DNA from: Balanoglossus misakiensis
Taxonomy: Eukaryota; Animalia; Hemichordata
DNA: 64,000 nucleotides
Direction: 5' to 3'
NCBI GenBank assembly: GCA_040954595.2
Contig: CM082596.2
Coordinates: 8,259,124-8,323,123, forward strand
Shown: piece after piece, positions 14,072 to 25,684 of the stretch
Position numbering within the stretch: position 1 is the first letter of the stretch
Layout of the letters: every line of letters starts with the position of its first letter
The notes under the pieces: generated by a model
The model's database searches: none
Seen by the model: the letters and a program-made list of their open reading frames with translations, nothing else
What the model was told of the DNA's origin: nothing
Position numbers and translations under genes: made by a program

Positions 14072-17000
14072 CTATCTGCGTTCTTCCAATTTCTCGAACA
14101 TCTGTTCAATCAATCTGACCATATCGTCTCTTCCCATGGTGCTGAATATTGCCAACAGATTCTCGAAGTTGCTTTCGAAGAGGGGTCCCTCTACATGTGG
14201 ATACTTCTGTTTTGTTGTTTTCTGGTCCCTTGAAACTTGTGAGGATGATGATGTGTGCATTTCTGCAAGACAATCTTTGGTGGCATCTGTGGTATCTGTG
14301 TCATCTGTGTCATATGTCATGGTCTCTTGTCTTCGTTGGAATTGGACGCTTGAGTCTGGTTGTTGTGATGACATTGTTGCAATACCACTATCAACATTTT
14401 GTGTGTCATGAGAAGTGGTCGGGAATTCTGCAGCTGTAGTGGTGTCTTTTCCTCGTCGGAATTGGACACTTGAGCTTCGTTGTTGTGATGATGGTGACAT
14501 TGTTGCAGCTGTGACTGTGTCTTTTCCCATGGTGTTAAACTTCGCAATTACACTATGAACATAGCTTTTAGAAAGAGGTCTCTGTATTGGTCTTTCTGTT
14601 TTCTGAGCCTTCACTTCTTCATCAGCAGAATCTTGTTGGGGTGATGATGTTGATGACTGTGACATTTTTGCTGAATGACCTTTGGTGGCATCTATGTCAT
14701 ATGGGATGGCACTGGCACCTGCAGCTGTAGTGGTGTCTTGTCCTCGTTGGAATTGGACGCTTGAGTCTGGTTGTTGTGATGATGGTGACATCGTTGCAAA
14801 ACCACTATCAACATTATGTGTGTCATGAGAAGTGGCCGGGAATTCTGTGGTGTCTTTTTCCAGTTGACGTCGTCTTGTCCCTACCCATCTACGACACCAC
14901 TCTACAAAGATGTATTCTGTAACTGGTATGCCTGTTCGACCCGCCATCTCTTCAAGTGCCTTGACATCCTGGTACCCGATTCCCATATGTTCGGCCATGC
15001 AGGCGTAGTGCAAAGATGGTGCACGTTGAATGTCCATTCTCATGGTCAGTTTTCTTCTGGTTTCTTCAAGCATCCACATGATGTCACAGCGTTTCCATTT
15101 ATGTCGTAAGATCGTTGTGTCATGACCTTGACAAAGCAGGTCACAAACATCTTCTGCTTTACCAACTCTTTTGTTGTACACTTTCTTTCCCATGTCTTCT
15201 GCACGTAGCACATCGTCGAGAGTGTAAAACCCAACTTGTTCCATATCGTGGTTTGCAAGAGAATCTGCACTCAGGATAAGCTGATTCATCCTGTTGCCTG
15301 GACATGCGATCGAGAAGACATCCTGTATGTCTTTGGAAACCATCTCAAGAAGCTTGTAGCCCTCACCAATCAACTTCTTGTCTTCAACTCGTACGCAGAC
15401 ATTGACTGCCCTTCTGCCATTGGTCATAAAGACAAGACCTTCAACATCATGGCACACTTTGATACCATTTCTCCATAAGCCACTGGGCGGTTTGCCAAGG
15501 TTGGTGAAACGCTTATATAGACGGGTCTGTAATCTTGGGAAAAAGCCTGCCGTAAAGGAATCTGATTCATCATGGCATTCAAACCGTATTCCACGGTAGA
15601 TAGTCTTCATGCGATTCAATTTCCACTGATCTTTAGGCATATCATTGTCTTGAAGCCCTGGTATGAAGAAAAGTTTCTCTCCAGTCTCTGTGATATCATG
15701 TGCCGGACAGAGAAGCTCAAAATCCTCTAGAAGGTCGATGAGAAGTTTGATGTTTACACCTTCACCAAGTACATCTTCTATCTTATCCAAGGTCTGAAAA
15801 CAATTTCTGTCAAATCTGGAACTGAATTCTGCAAATAAAGGGGTGGCCAACATTGGTCCAAATATCCTGTAACACAACCAGTTTGGATCCAATACCACGA
15901 CATCTTCTCTTTCCAGAGATGACTTCTTCACAAACAAAAGCTGTACACAAGAAAAGAAATATTTTGATATATGAAAGTTTGTATGTTGCACATTACAATA
16001 TACAAGCATTTGCACGGCACATTAATCTTTAAAATCCTTAATTACACAAGAACTGTACTTAGAAGTTTAGACCTTTGATAATTTAATTTGGTCAAATTTA
16101 GATAAAACAAAATTAATGACATAGTGTAAGTGTAACCTTTAAATGAATCAATACATTAACAGACTGGTCAATATCATTGTGGAGTGAAATTCAAATATAC
16201 ATGGCCCTGCAAATTTTCTTAAAAAGTGATACTACTGTGTTCTTAGCAATGCGTAATTAATGGAGAATATGTAAATGATCAAATTTGAATGAAATGTTGG
16301 GGATCTGAAACCATATTATGTTTTTTATGATAAATGATTGCAATTATACAATATCTACTATTTGCGAATTGTTAAAGAGAAAAGTTATTGAGAAATTTTT
16401 GAGAAATTGAGAAATTTTTGAGCCTGGTATTTGAAAGAAAATGAATTAGCAACTTGTTGTTTCTTACTGACCTCTCCTATGTCATGCAGATAGTTGGTGG
16501 CTTTTTGTAAGAAACCTTCTTCAGTGATGGGATATTCTAGTATTTGTTTTAATCTTTTCACATACACTGTCCAATAAAGAGCGGGGAACGCCTTGTCACA
16601 TAATTCATTCTTCATTTCCATTATCTTGGCACAAACACTTGGAAGAGTTTTACTTGTCTAAGAATGAATAGAAATTGATAACATGTTTGTGAAGTAGTCA
16701 AGTTATTTATTGCAATAGAAGACTGGCACTCATGGCATCCAGCATTAGCATCTGTATAAGCAAATTTCCTTTCTGCATTTCTTTCAATTCACTGACGACT
16801 GAGCTAAAGTGAGAGATTTTGGCATTTGCTTTACATCATGCTAAATTTGCCAATAAATGATATTTTGTAGCATTTGATGTTTGCACAACACGATGAAGGT
16901 ACATGTTCCGTTTTTAAACATTTAGAAATATATCCTTTATGAAAGTTATAGACTAAATGAGTGGCAAAAGTTTATATATCATTACCTTTTTCTGTTGTAA

Positions 17001-18948
17001 ACAATCACGGAGCTGCTTCATTTTTGTGTCTGTAGAATCACGGCAATTCAGCAGAATTATGTCGTCACTCACTATGTCTAAATAGTCTTGAAACATAGTC
17101 TTTGCTTTTGTCAGAACTTCCTTCAGCATATGGCCAGCTGTGAAATTACATAACATAATGATTAAATACATTTATATCACTCTTTCCCATGTGCCCATTG
17201 TTCAAACCATGCATTTTATTGCATAACCCATCGTCTCGTCATTACCATGTGATGTTCTTTTGTTCCTTTCTTTGTTAGAAATTATCACCACACTCTTTTT
17301 GTTAAAAACTGTGGCTTTTTATATAAATATATAAACACATCCACATGATCCGTCTATTATTTGGCCACTATCAAATTTGGGTGAATTTTACATATCAACT
17401 TAGTTTTCACAAAAAAAAACTGCAAAGGCAACTAGTGGTAGCCTCTCTCTCTCTGATACTCCATGAGGGAATTTCTGTTGGCAACATTTCACAGATGCTA
17501 TTCGAGCATTTAAAGCCCACTAAATGCCACCCACGCTGGACTGCAGTGACAGCTTGAATATTGACTGAGCCGAAGTTCGTGGTATAAGACGCTTAGCGCA
17601 ACACTGTGCCTTGTGAATTTTACAAAATTGATGACCAATATAACGCACCATTACTCGTGCAATAAACTGTATGTACTATCAATTTTGAATGGAGTAGAAC
17701 AAGAAACTAGTGGATGCAAAAATATACTATGACAGAACTTCATGACCTCTGCGCGCGATCTGTGCAGTATGGATGTTATTTTCATGAGTGAGAAGGTGAA
17801 TTCTTCCGAGTATTTTTACGAGCGACAGCGAGTAAAAATACAGAAGAATACACCTTCTCACGAGTGAAAATAACATCCATATTGCACAGATCGCGCGCAG
17901 AGGTCATGAAGTTCTGTTATTATTGCATATGTTTCCCCAGATTTGACGAAAATCAAAGTTTCGATCGTGGCGTATTGATTTTCATTACAGTGATGCGCCA
18001 AAGGCTATGCAACCCAGAGAAGGCCGCTTCATTGGCCAAAATGACGCAACCTTTGTTATGCAAAGAAGGGTCATGTGGGGTCATTCCATCAGTGGGTTAC
18101 CTGAGGTTGTGAGATCGCAGCGATAAATTTTGAAACACTGGCGATAGCGAGAAATTTTCGTAATTTTCGAGGTTCCAAAACACACTGACAACTAAATGTT
18201 CTGTTATTCTGACGATAGTTGGGAAGGATAATAAAACAACGTGCCAGAATGTTGAAAAATCCGCATGTTTCGGCGATCAGGTTGGCTCATTTCATCGTTG
18301 GTTTAGCTCAGGTTGCAAGATAGCATCGGCAATATTTGAGAAACTGGCGATAGCGAGGGATTTTCCGAGGTTCCCAAACATACTGCCAAATAATGTTTTG
18401 TTATTCTGACAAAATTTGGGAAGGATAAGACAATGACGTCTCCGAATGTTGAAAATTCCCCACGTTTCGGCGATCATACTCCAGCTCTGCCGACGGCGTT
18501 CAATGTTTACAAACAAAACGTAGTCCGGCTTGTTTTTACTCATTTGCATATGGGTTGTGAAAAATACCACTTTGTCACGCGCACAACTAAAACAACATTC
18601 GGCTTTTTTGCGACTGAAATAAAACTTTTGTTATATCCTCCGGAGGTTTATATGAACTCCAAGTGATTGTGTAACAGAACGAGGGTTAAACTTTGAAAGA
18701 TACGATCGATTGAAGGAGAAATGGGGGATCTTATTCTTCTGGATGCTCATTTGCATATGAGCTTGCAAAAATACCAGAATTATTATTGCACGGGCCGCTT
18801 GGAATACTGTAGTACATATGCAATAAAACACATTATTATACATCTAGTGCCGAGAACAATAGATTTTGGCGTGCAATAACAAGCCGTACGGAACGGTACG
18901 TACGGAACGCGTGTTAAATATGCCTTTGGGACCGTTCAGTTTTTACGG

Positions 18949-18981
<33 letters not shown>

Positions 18982-21900
18982 AAATCCAGGGGGGGGGGGT
19001 CACTTGAATTTTGAAGTCCTAAAGGGGGGGGGGTCATCTGGTTTTTTTAAACGTTTAGGGGGGGGTCACATACTTTTGCCACCAAACTTTTGCTTTTGAG
19101 TCCACAAAATTGCAGTTTCGCGCTCTTCATTTTGCAAAATTTTCTAATGTGGGAGGGGGACACCCCCTCCCACACCCGCCCCCTTCATTCTCCACCTCAT
19201 TTCATTTTTTGCTAGTTTGTCTAGTGTACCAGGGCAGAGTGCTTGCCACCCCAACCCCACCGATGATAATATTTAACAAAGTAAATACATAAGGGAGAAT
19301 TATCGTTTAAACCATTTCGCATAATTGATAGTTTCGCGCTGCATCTTCTATATACTAGAAGTTTTATAAATGATGTCATGACGTGGATGATGCCAAATCT
19401 TCTACTTTGAGTGGAGTGGTAAAAGTAAAATTGGTCCTCCCAAACATTGAGATAATTTGCTTTTGAGTTCATTAATATGCAACTTTGAGCACCGTATTTT
19501 ACAAAATTTTCTTATGTGGGGGGGGGGGGGGGGGGGTCATCATATTTTTGGGTCTGTCAAAGGGGGGGGTCATCATTTTTTGGTCCTGGACGAAGGGGGG
19601 GTACTCGGCCATGATTTTGAAAACCGATGACACAATCTTGCCAGCCCCCCCCCTGCCGTAAAAACTGAACGGTCCCTTAGTTTCAAGGCGCCCCAAACTC
19701 ACCGTGTACAGGTATGCGTTGTTTTGCGGACGGTTTCAAGACACCCCCGTTCCAACGCACGTGCGCACACGTAAACAAAAAAGAAAGATGGCTGCTCACT
19801 GAGTCAACTGAGCGGTTTTCGATCGATTGTATCGGCATTTTGGGCGTTTTGAAAGCCAAGTAACATGCAAAACAAGAACTAACGGAGATGTAAGATGTAT
19901 AATAATAAGGTTATTACGAAAATACCGCAATGTATGCACTCGGACATTAGCGCAGCGCATCGCCCTCCGCTGCGCGTCGGGCGATACTCAGCGCTAATGT
20001 CCTCGTGCATACTTTGCGGTATTTTCGTAATAACCTCCTCATATTATAATACATCTGGCACTGAGAACAATAGAATTTAGCGTGCAATAAAAAGCCGTAC
20101 GGAACGGTACGTACGGAACGCGTTTTAAATCAGTCTTGAGTTTCAAGGCCCCCCATCTCACCTGTACAGGTATGCGTTGTTATGCGGACGGTTTCAAGAC
20201 ACCCCCACTCCAACCCACGTAAACAAAAAAGAAAGATGGCTGCTCACTGAGTCAACTGAGCGGGTATCGATCGATTGTATCGGCATTTTGGGCGTTTTGA
20301 AAGCCAAGTAACAAGATACTCGGCGCTAGTGTCCTCGTGCATACTTTGCGGTATTTTCGTAATAACCTCATATTATCTGAAGCAATACAAGAATACTTAT
20401 TGTCAATCAGAGCTGACAACACCCACCTAGAGCCATATTGACTCTCTCCAACTTATCAGCTCGACTTGCAACCAATATCACCACTGGTTTCTTGTATCTT
20501 TCACCAGGCTCACCAAAGGAATACCTGTCCATGTGGGTTGTTCCTTTCAGAAACCGCAACCAAAACAAAATCTATAAATAAGAATATTTGTATCATGAAA
20601 TATTATTATTATTTTTGAGGCATATTTATAAAAGGGATCATGAATATGAGATTATAATTCAAGAATTGATATTTTGGGGATGGTCAGTTTCTTCTGCCTT
20701 GGGGCATGGAAAGTGATAAATGATGCAATACATATGGCCTTCCAGTCTCATGCATGTTTAGTCAATTTACTGTGAAGATTCTTACCTGTGGGAACACATC
20801 TTCAAAGGTGTTGAGTTGACCATTCTTGTCTGTAGCTTTGAACACCAATATGGAGATAGCATTGGGTGCTCCCAGAAACATGTTATGAGTGACGTAATAC
20901 TCGGCCTGGCCGGCAAAATCCCAAACACTGCACTTTCCTACGCCAGGAATATGAACACTTTGGACATCAATACCAGGTGTGGGAATGTGTCCACTGTGTT
21001 CAAATTCTGTGGTTGTTTCTTCACTCTTTGATAAGGAAAAGTGAAAGAAAAAAATTTCACTATATACAAACACAAAATGTCAACATTTTTTCAACCATGC
21101 ATATGCTTTAATTATCCAAAGTTTACCTGTGGCATTCTGTTAGTAGTTTCCTAATATGCACCATACATATAATGTGAATGTTACAGCTAAACTAAAACTT
21201 TTATGCAAATTAATCAATATCAACATACCTTCTGAAGTGACTTGAATAGTGTAGTCTTACCAACTCCACCATCTCCAGCAAAGAACAACTTAAAAGTGTC
21301 ACATTCCTCACCTGGTTCCTGCATCAGGTCATTGAACTCATTTTGTTTCTGTTTGAATAAAAATAACAAACAAATACATTTTATGCTATATTCCGAAGTT
21401 TTGACACCAAAGTTGTATCACATTCATATGAATGAACATTTTTAATTCATAAGAATAAGGCTAGCACATTTCAGGTTATATATTGATAAAATTCATGACA
21501 AAAGACAAAAAAAATTACACTCACCCTAATGTAATCCAATAGCACATCCTCAGCAGAGCGACTTTCAGCGACATCAAGTGGTGTCTTTCCGGTCTAGGTT
21601 TTATTAGGAAAAAAAGAATTAACAATGAATTATGATGTTGATATTGATAAGATATTATATTACCATGGCCTGTGCTGCGCATTTTAATTGGTCGAGATGA
21701 ACGACGTCACTGACCACAAATACTCAGTAATGGTTTGTTTACATGCCCGTAAATCTGAATAGTAATATTAGCAAACAGTTCAGTGAATACAACATTTTGC
21801 GTAACACAAGTTCCGGGGCCCCTAGTCTTTTGCGTGGGCTCGAGCAAGGCCACAAATTCATGGGCTCGAAAGCCTCGCCCATGAATTTTTGGCTTTCCCC

Positions 21901-24900
21901 TCGCCCATAAACAAATGTTAATGGTCAGGGTGTCGTCCATTATTTCTATAATAGTAGCAATAATGTACCTGATATAATGAGAAATAATTCGAAAGTTTTT
22001 AAATTCAAAAATAATGTTTAAGTCAATTCTATTAAGAATAACAACATCATGTGACATCATGAACAAAATCTCAATCCAACTAATTTATATTGATATCAAA
22101 ACCCTCTACAATGTAGTAGATTAGCCAACAGATATTGTGAAATTGAATCTTTTACAATTATCAGATAATTTTGAATGATACCATCAAAAGGGAAATGAAC
22201 ATTTATGCATTAAGAGATAAAAATAAAAATAAAGAGTTATAATCGTCCAATGATTAAATCATCAAAAATAATTTTATACTAGATCCCTGCCTCCTTAATA
22301 TTTCAGAAAACAGATTTAAAGAAAAAAGATAACACACAGAGATGTTTAAATAGAAATGTAAGAAATTAGCTGTGTTAGGATTGGCATATTGTCATGAGTC
22401 AACAGTTTTATAACTGACCATGTTGGAAGTAGTTTTGGTTAAACTCGGGCTTATTGGTACATGCCCTACAATTTAACACAAGATACATGTATATGGTGAA
22501 TATGCTTTATCAACATTATTTTGCTTTATGATTGTTTTGTTAAAATAGTTTAATAAATTGCACATATAAACTTTCCTATCATTTCAAAGTCAATGATTGT
22601 GAAGAAACTTACATATTAACAAAATGAAAGTTGATCAGAAAACATGGTAGAGTGTCATGGAATGAAATATTGGAAAATAGAAAAATACCTGATTTTTGCA
22701 GTCAATATCAGCTCCATATTGTAACAGCAGTTTCACAACTTTTCCATAAGCCCCGTGATATCCTTCGGCCATTGCTGCCATATGAAGTGCTGTGTTGCCA
22801 TCCTATACAAAGAAACAAAAGCATAAACAGCGCACCAACAAAGTTACTGGAATCATTATCAGAGGTACAGAAAACTAGTCACAGAATGGTAGTACATTTT
22901 TGTTAAGGCAGTTTCCTTGTGAGTATGTAATTTCTCGCCAAAACTGTAGTGTTCAACTAACCTAAATAGGTTCTCTGTTTGTTGAGAGATATATTTAAAG
23001 AATAACTAAAACAAAAACTAGCTGTCACTGTATCTTCTTTAAAATAAGGATCCATAGCATTATCAAACAAAGAAACATATTTATAAATACATTCTTTATT
23101 GATACATTATCCTGCAGAAGTCATGTTGGTATTTACCTTGTTTTGTATGTTAGCATCAGCTTTGTGTTCCAATAACAATCTGACACGGCCTTCATCACCA
23201 GACCTTGCTGCCTTGTGCAAAGGTGTGTTTCCATCCTGTAAGTAATGAAGGAGGAGCATGAGAATAATGTCACAAAAATTGAAATGTAATGTGAGATTTC
23301 CTTAAACAAACAAACAAACAAACAAATGTTAATATGTTGATTAGAATTAACCCGTAGAAGTCATGGTGGAATTTACCTTGTTTTGTATGTTAGCATCAGC
23401 TTTGTGTTCCAATAAGAATCTGACATGGCCTTCAACAACACCCTCTGCTGCAAAGTGCAAAGGTGTGTCTCCATTCTGTAAGTAATGAAGGAGGAGCATG
23501 AGAACAATGTCACAAATATAGCTGTGAACAGCAATAAGCGGGTTTCGAGACACTACTAGCCCTATTGGTTCGCCTGGAGATAGATTTGTGCATATTTAAT
23601 TACTGCATTAGTTGTTCTATCCCTCCAAATGCCAAGGGTGTATGTGCTGTGGATGCTGAGATGTGGAAAAGTAGGTCAAAGGTCACGTGAGGTCACGCTT
23701 AATATGAGCAGAAAATGTTTACGCTATACTGGTCCATGTCAAACAAAAACCAGACCTGTAGCCCTACTGGTTTGCCTGGAATTAGGTATGCACATAATTA
23801 ATGAGTTAGGCAGGTGTCACAGGTGACTCTAAAATTTGGCTTCTTATTTTGGTCCCGTCCACCCAAACACCTAAGCTGTACCTGCTCTGGATGCCGAGAT
23901 ATGTGAAAGTAGGTCAAAGGTCACCCAAGGACATCCAAAGTTTGGGAAAAAAAATTGTCCCCATACTGGTCCATGTCCGACTAAAACCAGACCTGTAGCC
24001 CTATTGGTTTGCCTGGAATTAGGTATGCACATAGTTAATGAGTTAAGCAGGTGTCACAGGTGAGCCTTAAATTTGGCTTCTTATTTTGGTCCCGTCCACC
24101 CAAACACCTAAGCTGTACCTGCTCTGGATGCCGAGATATGTGAAAGTAGGTCAAAGGTCACCCAAGGACATCCAAAGTTTGGGAAAAAAATTGTCCCCAT
24201 ACTGGTCCATGTCCGACAAAAACCAGACCTGTAGCCCTATTGGTTTGCCTGGAATTAGGTATGCACATAGTTAATGAGTTAAGCAGGTGTCACAGGTGAG
24301 CCTTAAATTTGGCTTCTTATTTTGGTCCCATCCACCCAAACACCTAAGCTGTACCTGCTCTGGATGCTGAGGTATGCGAAAGTAGGTCAAAGGTCACCCA
24401 AGGTCACCCAAAATTTGGGGGAAAAATTTGACCCCATACTGGTCCATGTCCGACAAAAACCAGACCTGTAGCCCTATTGGTTTGCCTGGAATTAGGTATG
24501 TACATAGTTAATGAGTTAAGCAGGTGTCACAGGTGAGCCTTAAATTTGGCTTCTTATTTTGGTCCCATCCACCCAAACACCTAAGCTGTATCTGCTCTGG
24601 ATGCTGAGATATGCGAAAGTAGGTCAAAGGTCACCCAAGGTCACCCAAAATGTGGGGAAAAAATTTGACCCCATACTGGTCCATGTCTGACAAAAACCAG
24701 ACCTGTAGCCCTATTAGTTTGCCTGGAATTAGGTATGCACATAGTTAATGAGTTGAGCAGGTGTCACAGGTGAGCCTTAAATTTGGCTTCTTATTTTGGT
24801 CCCATCCACCCAAACACCTGAGCTGTACCTGCTCTGGATGCTGAGATATGCGAAAGTAGGTCAAAGGTCACCCAAGGTCACCCAAAATTTGGGGAAAAAA

Positions 24901-25647
24901 TTTGACCCCATACTGGTCCATGTCCGACAAAAACCAGACCTGTAGCCCTATTGGTTTGCCTGGAATTAGGTATGCACATAATTAATGAGTTGAGCAGGTG
25001 TCACAGGTGAGCCTTAAATTTGGCTTCTTATTTTGGTCCTATGCTGCAGACTATTGCACCGACCAGAATTCTACAAAACTATGTGGCCATAGCTTAAGTA
25101 TAGTGGAATAAGTATAGGTATAGATTTCATAAAAAAATTAATATAAAAAAATCGGTCGATTTTCCATATTATTTTTTCCAGTTGGAACTGATTGTCGGAA
25201 GGTAGGCTAGCTGCACACAAAATTTGAAGCTGATCAGCCCAGCGGATGTTGAGATATTGGGCATAAATCTAAAATCCTAGGGGGCCATTGCTTAACCATG
25301 GAAAGTATAGGCCAATGGCTGGGTCCAATGGTCATGGAAAATATGAAAAATAATGCTTTAAAAATCATCTCCTCAAAATCGGCAAGGACTTAGACATTGA
25401 AATTTGGCATATAGGACCCTGGCCATATGGTCCACAAAGTTTCTGAACAGAATTTGGATTCTTCATTTTTTATGCAAATTAGACCAATTTAAAAGTTTAA
25501 ATCCAAGATGGCTGCCAGGTCATGTGACCTGTTGCCATAGTGACATGATCAAAAAATTACTTGCTTTGAGTTTTACCTATGAGCCAAATTTCAAGTCATT
25601 GGGTGCAACGGTCTTCGAATAGCGGCTGTTTTTAAAAGTGGGAAGAA

Positions 25648-25684
<37 letters not shown>

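Noticed and set aside
18866-19702. Gly-rich and Pro-rich ORFs
   Set aside because: They derive from poly-G/poly-C tracts of a MITE.
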